Source of the DNA: Candidatus Poribacteria bacterium
GTDB taxonomy: Bacteria > Poribacteria > WGA-4E > WGA-3G
Assembly (NCBI GenBank): GCA_965197475.1
Contig: CBDANF010000003.1
Coordinates: 1,888,001-1,952,000, forward strand
DNA: 64,000 bases
Reading direction: 5' to 3'
Shown here piece by piece: positions 42,717-52,118 of this stretch; position 1 is the first letter of the stretch; each line of letters opens with the position of its first letter. The translations under genes were made by a program, and so were the position numbers. The notes beneath the pieces were generated by a model. It made no database searches. It saw only the letters and a program-made list of their open reading frames with translations, and had not been told where the DNA came from.

Positions 42717-43145
42717 ATGCGACATCTAAACGATCAAGATTTAAAAACCCTTTTACAGTCTGAAGAGAATTATTACAATTCCAAGCGAGCAAATAACCAG
42801 TCCTTTCAAAATTTTTTACGTATTCTTATTGTTGCTTTTTTAGGTGCATTTATTACTAACATACCGTGGGATTCTTTACATGTCCCCGTCCTAGCTTACA
42901 TTGGAACTGCCTCGCTTATATTATCTCTAATTATAAATATATATTCATTCCCAGTTGCGCAGAAATCATTAGAACTAGTCCGAGAGCTTACACATAAAAT
43001 ATACGATGAAAACGATACTATATACTTGGATGAAATAGAAAATATAGATAAAAAATTATACAGACTATCGGTTCTATTAAGATTGTTTCTTGCCATCGGT
43101 ATTATAATCTGTCCCATTTCTTATATTGTTGAAAAAATTTATTGA
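42717..43145 (+). CDS. AT-rich three-TM hypothetical protein
   Basis: Three hydrophobic segments, low GC. Confidence 0.7.
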   Translation: MRHLNDQDLKTLLQSEENYYNSKRANNQSFQNFLRILIVAFLGAFITNIPWDSLHVPVLAYIGTASLILSLIINIYSFPVAQKSLELVRELTHKIYDENDTIYLDEIENIDKKLYRLSVLLRLFLAIGIIICPISYIVEKIY

Positions 43146-43164
43146 TCAAAGGAGGTGACACAAA

Positions 43165-43392
43165 ATGGCTAAAGAGAAAAAGTCAACCCAACAACCCAGT
43201 AAAAAAGTTGATAGACAAAAAATAAACAAATCATGGGATACGCCCTCCCGTCCGATAACGCCAACCCCTGCGGGTTCTGTTCCCCCTGATACACGGACAC
43301 CACCTGCAGCAAAACCTGCGGATACACCGGCACATCCTGCACCAAAACCTGCGGATACACCGGCGAAACCACAACCCCGCGACAAAAAATAG
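43165..43392 (+). CDS. Small Lys/Pro-rich protein
   Basis: AAGGAGG RBS; KPADTPA repeats. Confidence 0.65.
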   Translation: MAKEKKSTQQPSKKVDRQKINKSWDTPSRPITPTPAGSVPPDTRTPPAAKPADTPAHPAPKPADTPAKPQPRDKK

Positions 43393-43454
43393 TAATAGTC
43401 TTGGTAAACAGGCATAAGGCACGTCTCATTCATTGCGGACGTGCTTGCCCAAAT
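43350..43454 (+). repeat. About 105-bp direct repeat, second copy at about 44474-44577
   Basis: TGCGGATACACCGGCGAAACC...TGCCCAAA is near-identical in both places. Confidence 0.85.
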
Positions 43455-43499
43455 CCACTGCCACAAACGCCCCTCAAATAATTATCGTTTAGACATCAC

Positions 43500-43528
43500 T
43501 TGACACAATCTATCCTCCATGCTATCCT
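43500..43528 (+). promoter_or_regulatory. Sigma70-like promoter, duplicate of 45591-45619
   Basis: TTGACA-17-TATCCT with an extended TG. Confidence 0.65.
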
Positions 43529-43606
43529 TTACCAAAAAACACCGCACGGAAAACACCGATGACACAAAACTTTTCCAACAACGCACTATTATGAATAGGA
43601 GAAACT

Positions 43607-43960
43607 ATGTCCAAGTTTCAAAGCGAACAAATTATATTTTATGTGCAAGGTTCTGAAAGTGAGCCTTATGAGGTTATTTTTACCCGAAGTGGAAAAGATA
43701 TGACCGCAACTTGCACGTGCCGCGCGGGGCTAATGCGCATGCCCTGCAAGCATAGGCGAAATATTCTTGAAGAAAAAACGGCAAATATTGTTGATGTGAA
43801 TCCCGAAGACATGGAAAGAATATCTGAAATGTTGGATGGGACGCATCTTGAAAAGGCAATTGAGAATGTCAAGGAAGCAGAAAAAGAAGCAAAATTGGCA
43901 AAAGAGAGACTTGATGATGCTAAAGGTGAACTCTCGATAATTATGCATGTTGGAGGTTGA
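43607..43960 (+). CDS. SWIM zinc-finger protein
   Basis: CTC...PCKH motif. Confidence 0.8.
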   Translation: MSKFQSEQIIFYVQGSESEPYEVIFTRSGKDMTATCTCRAGLMRMPCKHRRNILEEKTANIVDVNPEDMERISEMLDGTHLEKAIENVKEAEKEAKLAKERLDDAKGELSIIMHVGG

Positions 43961-43962
43961 TT

Positions 43963-44463
43963 ATGAAAAAAGCATTACAAATTACCGGTTTGATTGCCTT
44001 AGTTCTCTTTATCATGTGTATGGCTATCTTTATATTTGCGGTGATGAATGAATCCACAGAGGCTGCCCCACAAGATGATGTTCAAGATTTGAAAAAGCAA
44101 ATATTAGAACTACAAACCGAAATAAAGCAAATGAAGTCTCAAATTCAAGACCTATATTTCATGACCGAACCGCTGCGATTTCGTGTTGTAGATAGATTGG
44201 AGGGAAGCTTCTATTATTCAAAAACAGATAACGCGGGTGTATATGGCATGTTGCCTTCGCAGCTGCCTTATGCCGAACTTTATTACGATCTTAGATCTGC
44301 CAATAATTTGGGATGGACGCAAGAAAAGATAAAAATGATGAGTGATAGATTATTGAAAATGCCTAAAAATCCATTTCTTCAATCTTACGATCCAGCTCAT
44401 AATGTTTTAAAAGCCAAATTGAGATACGATCCAGACGGGAAAATGTACTTCGTAATACCTTAA
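43963..44463 (+). CDS. Membrane-anchored coiled-coil hypothetical protein
   Basis: N-terminal TM helix then heptad repeats; GGAGG RBS. Confidence 0.7.
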   Translation: MKKALQITGLIALVLFIMCMAIFIFAVMNESTEAAPQDDVQDLKKQILELQTEIKQMKSQIQDLYFMTEPLRFRVVDRLEGSFYYSKTDNAGVYGMLPSQLPYAELYYDLRSANNLGWTQEKIKMMSDRLLKMPKNPFLQSYDPAHNVLKAKLRYDPDGKMYFVIP

Positions 44464-44658
44464 AGGAGGTAAATGCGGATACACCGGCGAAACCACAACC
44501 CCGCGACAAAAAATAGTCCTATTCTTGGTAAACAGGCATAAGGCACGTCTCATTCATTGCGGACGTGCCTGCCCAAAGAACACAAAACAGTCGTTACAAT
44601 CATACGGAATTTAGTCAGGACGGACGCATTCCCCCTTGATAAGGGGGTGTGGCTCAAT

Positions 44659-45126
44659 CTAAATCTCAAGTGCAGCACGGATATCAGCAAGACGATCTAC
44701 ACCATCAATGCGATGGATGCAGTTGCGAGTATCAATATAACACTGCTCTTCACCATCTATGTGATGCTCACAAAAATTACACTTGAGAGTGAAGACCGTC
44801 ATCCCACTAAACTCAAAAGGTCGTTGCAGTACCTTACCGACAAAAACCCACCGGGCTTGTACCGTTTCGCCTTGCTCGTTTTCAAGTGTTCCCCGCACCT
44901 CCAAACGCGTGTTCGGATTCCCGAATACGGAAATCACATCAGGATCAATGCCCCTTACCTTCAACTCGACATCAAACGTTTTTTGATGGAGCACATCGAT
45001 CTCTTCTATGTCTCCACGTAGGATCTCTTCTATCTTGCCAAGCAGGATCGAACCGTTCAAAAACACGTTATACTCTTTCAATTGTTTTACTATGTCAGTA
45101 TAATGTAAAAACATGATTATCTCCAT
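44659..45126 (-). CDS. Hypothetical protein
   Basis: 155-aa ORF with protein-like composition; CxxC near the C-terminus. Confidence 0.55.
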   Translation of the reverse strand: MEIIMFLHYTDIVKQLKEYNVFLNGSILLGKIEEILRGDIEEIDVLHQKTFDVELKVRGIDPDVISVFGNPNTRLEVRGTLENEQGETVQARWVFVGKVLQRPFEFSGMTVFTLKCNFCEHHIDGEEQCYIDTRNCIHRIDGVDRLADIRAALEI

Positions 45127-45649
45127 TTTGTTGCATAAACTTTAGTTTGTGGTGCATTCCGTTTCATTTCTAACAACCGGTTATGAGATATATGAAAATA
45201 ATTATACACTCTCACCTCAAGGTAGGTACGGTTTCCTAACTGCACCTTATTTTGCATAGAAAGATTGAAGGGGGTAAAAAAATTAGAGGGGGTAGGTTCG
45301 CGCGAATCCGATACTTTTGATTTTACTATTAAAACATGAAATTATATTTTTGTCAAGGAAAATATAACCGGTTATCATGAAGTCTATTGAAACTTGCACG
45401 GGTTTCACTTTATATAACGTTATGATAACATACGTCCGAAATTAAGTCAACCGTAATTATTCTTGTAGGAGGGGTTTGTAACCCCGATGCGACTGTTTGT
45501 AGTCGCGCAATTCATTGCGCCTCATACACCCAGTAGTAAGGCTTTTCTCTTGTGGGAGGGGTTTTCAACCCCGATGCCCGACACCGATACTTGACACAAT
45601 TCTGCTACCATGCTATCCTTTACCAAAAAAACACCGCAGGAAAACACCA

Positions 45650-47269
45650 ATGACACAAAACTTTCCCGACAACGCACTATACGAAATGGACAATCTCGAA
45701 GTGCTACGCGGCATGAACAGCGACACCGTACACCTCATCGCCACCGACCCGCCCTTCAACATCAAACGCAACCGAAGCGGCACAGCCGGACATTATGTAG
45801 ACAACTGGAAATGGGGAGACACCGGCATATTACCAGATCAGTGGAAATGGAACGAAGTGCATCCCAAATGGCTTGAAGAAATCAAAGACAACCACACCGA
45901 ACTATACCACGCCATAGACGCAGCCAAACACTGTCAAGGCGAAGATACCGCCGCGTTCTTATGCTTTCTCAGTGTTAGATTGATAGAAATGCACCGTATC
46001 CTAAAAGAGACGGGTAGCATCTATTTGCATTGTGACCCTACCGCAAGCCACTACATCAAAATGTGCTTGGATGCGATCTTCGGTAGAAAAAACTTTAGAA
46101 ATGAAATCGTGTGGAAGCGTCAGACAGCAAATAATGCTGTTTCTAAGAAATATGGTCGTATTGTGGACTACCTGCTTTTCTATACGAAGGGCAACAAATA
46201 CACATGGAATCAGCAATACGGTGCCCGATCCGAAAACGCTCAAAAAGAGTTCCGACACAAAGATGCTGACGGTCGGGTGTACAGAACTCACGATCTCACG
46301 GCCCCAGGCAGAGATGCTAATCGAATGTTCGAATGGCGAGGAACAATTCCCTATCGAAACTGGGCATATTCAAGAGAAACGCTTGATAAGATGTTGTCCA
46401 AGGGTGAGATTCTCTTGCGAAAAGATGGAACGGTGTCAGCAGCACGAGGACACAAGATATATCTTGACGAGCAACCTGGGGTGAAGTTGCAGACGATTTG
46501 GGATGATGTGGCAAAAGTAGGCACATCTAAAGAACGCACCGGCTCACCAGACCAAAAACCGGTCGCCCTTTACAAACGGATAATCAAAGCGTCATCCAAC
46601 GAAGGCGACCTTGTCCTAGACCCGTTCTGCGGATGTGCAACAACGATCATCGCAGCAGATGATCTCAAACGTAGGTGGGTAGGTATAGACAGGCGCGTAG
46701 ATGCCCGCTACCACATCATAACGCGTCTGATGGGTATTAGCAAAAAAGAACGCGAACGAATAGAGGAATACGCTACAGATAAAAATTGGTTGGATAGACA
46801 AACAGCAAAATATGAAATTCACTACCAAACAGCGCCGCCCGTCCGTACCGATGACCCCGAGACAACGTCCCCTGAATTATCCCATGTCTATCAGCACCAT
46901 CTCGAACCGCTGCACAGCCATGCCGAGATGCACCAAATCCTTGTCGATCAGTTCGGATTGAAATGTTGGGGGTGTAACTTTGTCCCTCCCGACAAACGCT
47001 ATTTACACCTTGACCATATCGTCCCAAAAAGCGATGGCGGCACCAACGACATAGACAATCGCGCGCTCTTATGCCAACCGTGTAATAGCAAAAAATCTAA
47101 TACGATGAGTCTCACGTCGCTACGCAGACAAAACAAAAAGGAAGGATATATCCAACAGGGCGAAGCGATAGATCTCCCGGCTGCTTTAGCGTGGACGCGA
47201 TCCCTTTTAGTCCAAACACTCCGCGAAACACCCTATCAAGGACCACTACCGCTTGAAAGTGAAAGATAG
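45650..47269 (+). CDS. N6/N4 DNA methyltransferase (beta order) fused to a C-terminal HNH nuclease
   Basis: DPPF, QKP, LDPFCGC; CWGC...DHIVP...GG...N...LCQPCN; promoter 45591-45619 places the start at MTQNF. Confidence 0.9.
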   Translation: MTQNFPDNALYEMDNLEVLRGMNSDTVHLIATDPPFNIKRNRSGTAGHYVDNWKWGDTGILPDQWKWNEVHPKWLEEIKDNHTELYHAIDAAKHCQGEDTAAFLCFLSVRLIEMHRILKETGSIYLHCDPTASHYIKMCLDAIFGRKNFRNEIVWKRQTANNAVSKKYGRIVDYLLFYTKGNKYTWNQQYGARSENAQKEFRHKDADGRVYRTHDLTAPGRDANRMFEWRGTIPYRNWAYSRETLDKMLSKGEILLRKDGTVSAARGHKIYLDEQPGVKLQTIWDDVAKVGTSKERTGSPDQKPVALYKRIIKASSNEGDLVLDPFCGCATTIIAADDLKRRWVGIDRRVDARYHIITRLMGISKKERERIEEYATDKNWLDRQTAKYEIHYQTAPPVRTDDPETTSPELSHVYQHHLEPLHSHAEMHQILVDQFGLKCWGCNFVPPDKRYLHLDHIVPKSDGGTNDIDNRALLCQPCNSKKSNTMSLTSLRRQNKKEGYIQQGEAIDLPAALAWTRSLLVQTLRETPYQGPLPLESER

Positions 47270-47493
47270 CATCATCTCAAACATCTGGTAGAAAACGGAC
47301 CTTGCTGCACACTGCACGCCTTATTTTCAATTGTAGACTGGCAACTCAAAAATTTTCCCAACGCAGATAAAAACAGACGCTGTGCAGCCCCTGCAAAGTA
47401 AAATATTCAGAAAGTATCCTATTATTGCAAAAGACAAATATCGAACTCGTTCCAAGAATACTTAATCGCCATCTATCCGATCTGATAGCACCT

Positions 47494-48258
47494 TTAATCT
47501 TCTGATGTGAGAAGTTCGCGGGTGTATGATTTATAAAATTGAAGATGCTTTACTTCACCTCCTCTACCTGTAAATACAAAATAAGCTTCAGATAAAAAAT
47601 AAAAAAGTTTTACACTTAGAAGTCCCATTGCAGCTTGTCCACGATATTCATCATTATACGTTCCATGTTTATCAAAACTCCAATATAATCCAACCATAGA
47701 ATTACCATGAACCCGTTCATTTAAATTCTTAAATATAGGGACTATTATGGCAGCAAAAGATTGTTGTTCACTATATTTTGGATACTTCAGTATACCCTGA
47801 TTTATCTTTTCCTCTCTTGATTTCCCAGACCAATAGTCCCCTCTCAGTTTTCCATATTTTTGTTCAAAAGCTTTTTGTTCCCGATCGCGTTCCTCACCTT
47901 CGATGTTTGCAATCGACATAAAGTGTCTACGTCGTTCTGCTACAGAGTCACCATTCTTAGAAATATAGAAATAATCTATCGTATGTTCCCAAAGCAGTCT
48001 GTTAGCAGCCTCCATTCCACGAGAAAAAAAATGCCTATCATTATTTAGCAATGATTCTGCTAAAACACATATATCATACACAGTAGTCCTCGCATCCATA
48101 AATAAAAATCTGAGTATCCTCTCCTTATCAGTAGCACGAGAACTAACTGGTGTAAGGTCAATGATTTCGTCTACGGCTGCAAGGAATTTCTTACTACAGT
48201 CTAACCATTTTTGCATATCAGAATTTGACAAAACCTCCCAAATAGCTTTTTTCGACAT
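47494..48258 (-). CDS. AT-rich hypothetical protein, DUF5677/HEPN-like
   Basis: RLLWE...Y and LNERVH motifs; AGGAGG RBS; next to the MTase-HNH gene. Confidence 0.6.
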   Translation of the reverse strand: MSKKAIWEVLSNSDMQKWLDCSKKFLAAVDEIIDLTPVSSRATDKERILRFLFMDARTTVYDICVLAESLLNNDRHFFSRGMEAANRLLWEHTIDYFYISKNGDSVAERRRHFMSIANIEGEERDREQKAFEQKYGKLRGDYWSGKSREEKINQGILKYPKYSEQQSFAAIIVPIFKNLNERVHGNSMVGLYWSFDKHGTYNDEYRGQAAMGLLSVKLFYFLSEAYFVFTGRGGEVKHLQFYKSYTRELLTSED

Positions 48259-48494
48259 TACTGTTCCTCCTTATGTAATTTTTAGGTTATTTTAGGACGT
48301 TGCCCACAGAAATTGCACAGACCCAAACATCAACACGCAACCGCCCCCAACAAAATTCACCAGAAAAAACCTAAACATCAAGGGAAATTATGAAACTACC
48401 GATATTTATGACTTACCAATAGTAATAAATGTACATTTTATAGGCGCGGTTTCAAACCGCGCCTATTTTTCTATAGCCGGAAGAGCTTAATAAT

Positions 48495-49433
48495 TTATGC
48501 TGCCAACGCAGCGAACAGTGCCTTAATGTAACCGACTGAGTAAGCTAACCCCACATTACCTTCTAACCTCGGAATATGGTCGGCATTAATACATCCATCA
48601 AACCCGACCTTTTGGAGTTCTCGCACAATTTTGTACATATTCATATCACCATCGTCAAGAAGGGTTTCCTCAAATGCACCTGCTGTTGCAAGGCTGCCGC
48701 GCACATTCCTTAAGTGAACCATAAAGATACGACCTTTTCGTCCATAATTGTTAATCTCATCAAGCACAATAGCACTTCCACCAGCTTCAGCACGGGTTCC
48801 GCAACAGTAAAGGTAGCCGACATTTCTGCTTGGAAAAGCATCTATCACGCGATGAAAGCCAAGACTACCGAGAGGTGTATCTGGGTTCGGCACATCTGAT
48901 GGGTGAATGGCAAGTTTGATGTCGTGTTCATCAGCAATTGGCACCAACGCGCCATAAACTTCGCAGAAACGTTTCCACCATTCATCAAGCTCTTCCATTG
49001 TTGGCGTAGCAGACGGGTTCTGTGTTGCAGCACGGCTTTCTCCACGCGAGGTATAACCACCACGATGCACTGATGAATAGCGCGTCATCAAGTAGTCGAA
49101 CGTATCACCCCAGAACCTTTGGCGTGCTATAGGCACACCTGCTTCAGCGAATACTTTGAGAGCGTTGCACGTATTTTCTAATTCCTTTTCGCCATCGGGT
49201 TGTCCTTTCATGAATTTTTCTGTAATGTTCGGAAGTGTCACGCGATTGATGTCCAAGCCGAAAGAGCGAATCAGCTTTCTCATTTTGAGCAGTTCATCTA
49301 AATCGGGATAACCCTGCTCTTTAACGCCGGGGAAAGATCCACCATTTCCAAAATCAATGCAGTCTGCACCGAGTTGTGTAACCTGTTTGAGATAGGTGTC
49401 TGTGAGTCCACCGTCCCAGACTGAAATTTTCAT
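48495..49433 (-). CDS. Mannonate dehydratase (UxuA) family protein
   Basis: LAIHPSD, VHLRNV, GDMNM, DHIP, YSVGY. Confidence 0.88.
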   Translation of the reverse strand: MKISVWDGGLTDTYLKQVTQLGADCIDFGNGGSFPGVKEQGYPDLDELLKMRKLIRSFGLDINRVTLPNITEKFMKGQPDGEKELENTCNALKVFAEAGVPIARQRFWGDTFDYLMTRYSSVHRGGYTSRGESRAATQNPSATPTMEELDEWWKRFCEVYGALVPIADEHDIKLAIHPSDVPNPDTPLGSLGFHRVIDAFPSRNVGYLYCCGTRAEAGGSAIVLDEINNYGRKGRIFMVHLRNVRGSLATAGAFEETLLDDGDMNMYKIVRELQKVGFDGCINADHIPRLEGNVGLAYSVGYIKALFAALAA

Positions 49434-49442
49434 ATTATTCCT

Positions 49443-50447
49443 CTATAACGGTAAAGCAACGGGTTGTCCCGTTTCAACGGATCGATATGCGGCTAAAGCA
49501 ATTTCGACTGCAGCGCGACCATCGGCACCTGTAATCGGTGGTGCTGTATCTTTACGGATAGCATCAACAAATACACGTATTTCCTGCTGGACAGGCGGTG
49601 GCACCTTAATATTTCCTATTCGGATGCTTCTGCCTTCCCCTTCAAATGGTTTTACTTGAATAGATGCATCACCACCCCAAATTTGTGGGAAGTAGATGGA
49701 GCCTTTTTCGCAATCAACACGTCCGCCGTATCGGCCAACCGCTGCTGCATGGCTGGAATGCAGCAATCCGACAGCCCCGTTCTCAAAATTTAATGATGCA
49801 AGTACGACATCTGGATAGTCTGTATCTTCTTGGACGTATTGTCCGCCTGCAGCATAGACAGAGGCGACATCCCCACATGTCCACCGCATAAAGTCAATTT
49901 CGTGTGCATTGATTTCCATGAGGCTTCCACCAGATTTGGCGCGTTCTAATCGCCACGGCGTGCGGTGTCCGCCTCGCCACGGTCCGCCGATGCGATGCAC
50001 CATCATATTGACAGGTGTCCCCAACTCCCCACTATGAACAATTTCGCGGACTTTGGAATGCGTTGCATGGTAGCGGCAGACTAAACCGATTGTGAGTTTG
50101 ACTCCGTTTGCAGAAGCTGCAGTAATCATTGCATCACAATCTTCCAATGTCGGTGCCATCGGTTTTTCGGAGAAGACATGTTTACCTGTATTGGCAGCAT
50201 CAACAGCCATCTGTGCATGTAGGAACGGAGGCGAAGCGATTAGGACAGCGTGAATGTTGTCATTATCCAGCAATTCATGATAATCGGTCGTGTAATTTGT
50301 GCCAAGATTTTTTGCAAGGTTTTTTGCCAATTCTTCTTGTAAATCACTAACGCAGATAACCTCTATACCTTCAACAGCGTTTGCGCCATTTGCAAGACTT
50401 CTGCCCATGCCACCACAACCGATAACACCAATTCCAATTGATTCCAT
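49443..50447 (-). CDS. Gfo/Idh/MocA oxidoreductase
   Basis: GVIGCGGMG, EKP, GGSLME...HEID. Confidence 0.93.
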   Translation of the reverse strand: MESIGIGVIGCGGMGRSLANGANAVEGIEVICVSDLQEELAKNLAKNLGTNYTTDYHELLDNDNIHAVLIASPPFLHAQMAVDAANTGKHVFSEKPMAPTLEDCDAMITAASANGVKLTIGLVCRYHATHSKVREIVHSGELGTPVNMMVHRIGGPWRGGHRTPWRLERAKSGGSLMEINAHEIDFMRWTCGDVASVYAAGGQYVQEDTDYPDVVLASLNFENGAVGLLHSSHAAAVGRYGGRVDCEKGSIYFPQIWGGDASIQVKPFEGEGRSIRIGNIKVPPPVQQEIRVFVDAIRKDTAPPITGADGRAAVEIALAAYRSVETGQPVALPL

Positions 50448-50646
50448 TGTCGTTATCTCCGTCTTGCCTTAATAGACATTATAATGATTTAATCGTCCGT
50501 CCCTGATATCACTAAGACCGAAATATAGTCTAAACGCTAATGGCTTGTCCGTCGGGTAGAGTTTGCGAAACCCGACATGTTTGTTCTGAATGTCAAGTGT
50601 TCAGATGGTGGAAGTTACCGTTTTATAGATTGCGAAATCTGCTATA

Positions 50647-51576
50647 TTATCTCTGGAACCCTGATATTGTCGGGTTTCGCTGCGCTCTACCCGACCTACG
50701 AACTTTAGATTTTATTATAGACCAGTAACAACACACAATTAAAACGTTATAATGTCTAATGTGTCCCCACGTGACGCTCAGATGATTTGATGTAGGACTG
50801 ACATCAAGTCCTTGAGCATTCATGTTTTTCTGTACTTCTGCTCCTGTGAGCGCGCGTTCATAGATGCGGAATTCGTCGACATATCCCTGAATAGCATCGG
50901 CATTGACACCGTCAGAACGATCTCCAATAGCAAGTTTAAGTCCGCCTTTTGGGAGTTTACCTCCTGGAACCGCATACTTTTTCTCTTGTTTTCCGTTTAC
51001 ATAGTAGTGAACTGTCGCACCATCGTAGGTGCCGACAAGATGGATCCATTGCTCAAGCGGGATGTCCTCCAGCACATTATGTTGTGCTGCCTTTGTTTCT
51101 TGACCCCCAGCTCTTATGAAAAAACCGTGCTGGTTGTCGTCATCATCATAATACAGACTGGCAACTGCACTATTTGTTGGCTGGTCGTCAAGTGAGATAA
51201 TTCGATTCCAACTATCATCTAAAGCAGTGATATAGACCCAACACTCCAATGTGATTTCATTCCAATCACGGTCAATTTTCGGTGGATCTGAATCCTCAAC
51301 GAGTAAATTATCATCAACACCGTCAAATAGGATACACTCTCCAACTTTACAATCGGCAGCAAGGGCAAGTTCAGGGTCACCTTTGACAATAGCGGATAGT
51401 CCAGAGAATATATCCTCTGCCTGTTTTGCGATTTGCACTGTGTCTTTATCAAACGACCAGTAAGCAACTAAGCCATCTTCAACTGCGCCAACGATAGCAT
51501 CTGCAGGATGTGTTAATACTGTGAAAAACACGAAAAGTATCAAAATTGCGTAGCCTAATGTTGTTTTCTGGATCAT
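50647..51576 (-). CDS. Secreted LamG domain protein
   Basis: GLVAYWSFD, WIHLVGTYDG, VDEFRIY, LSVTWG; start at MIQKT after AAAGGAG. Confidence 0.88.
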   Translation of the reverse strand: MIQKTTLGYAILILFVFFTVLTHPADAIVGAVEDGLVAYWSFDKDTVQIAKQAEDIFSGLSAIVKGDPELALAADCKVGECILFDGVDDNLLVEDSDPPKIDRDWNEITLECWVYITALDDSWNRIISLDDQPTNSAVASLYYDDDDNQHGFFIRAGGQETKAAQHNVLEDIPLEQWIHLVGTYDGATVHYYVNGKQEKKYAVPGGKLPKGGLKLAIGDRSDGVNADAIQGYVDEFRIYERALTGAEVQKNMNAQGLDVSPTSNHLSVTWGHIRHYNVLIVCCYWSIIKSKVRRSGRAQRNPTISGFQR

Positions 51577-51704
51577 GATGTCTCCTTTAATGGTAGGCTT
51601 GTTAGACATCTTTTGAAGTCTAACAAGCCTTGCTGAGATTCAAAATCTGTTATGCAATAAAACTTCGTTATTGAACACCATGTCCGCAAATTTACCGGGG
51701 ATGT

Positions 51705-52049
51705 TCAACCTTCAATCTTAATTGAGGAAATGGAATTACCGATATTCTGTAGGAGCGGATGAAGATTCGGTAACTCTTTTTTGTATTCCATCGTTTCCAT
51801 ACGGATGGGTAAACTCACACCTTCAAAATCGGGGTGTCCATAAAACACAATTTCCGCACCATCAGGTGGAAAATTCTGACCTTTTAAAATACGAATAGAT
51901 GAGATACGGTTTTCAAACCCTGAACGCTCCAGACTATCTTGAAGGTTCGCCATATCTTGAAAAACGGTAATTTTTCTCCCTTTAAATTCGACTTGCTCAT
52001 AGCATTCAACTATGATTGGAATGGTGGCGGATTTCATTCTTTCATTCAT
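51705..52049 (-). CDS. Single beta/gamma-crystallin-like domain, truncated duplicate of the upstream gene
   Basis: Aligns with domain 2 of 52119-53540; AAGGAG RBS. Confidence 0.65.
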   Translation of the reverse strand: MNERMKSATIPIIVECYEQVEFKGRKITVFQDMANLQDSLERSGFENRISSIRILKGQNFPPDGAEIVFYGHPDFEGVSLPIRMETMEYKKELPNLHPLLQNIGNSISSIKIEG

Positions 52050-52118
52050 GATTTAACTCCTTTCTACAGTGATTAGTTATCAATGTTCAATGTAGCCGAA
52101 TTCACGTTATACTTCAGT

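Noticed and set aside
42717-45126. Prophage
   Set aside because: No integrase, structural, terminase or lysis genes recognised
51705-51707. TGA ending the crystallin copy as selenocysteine
   Set aside because: It aligns with Trp, not Cys, and the downstream similarity is out of frame
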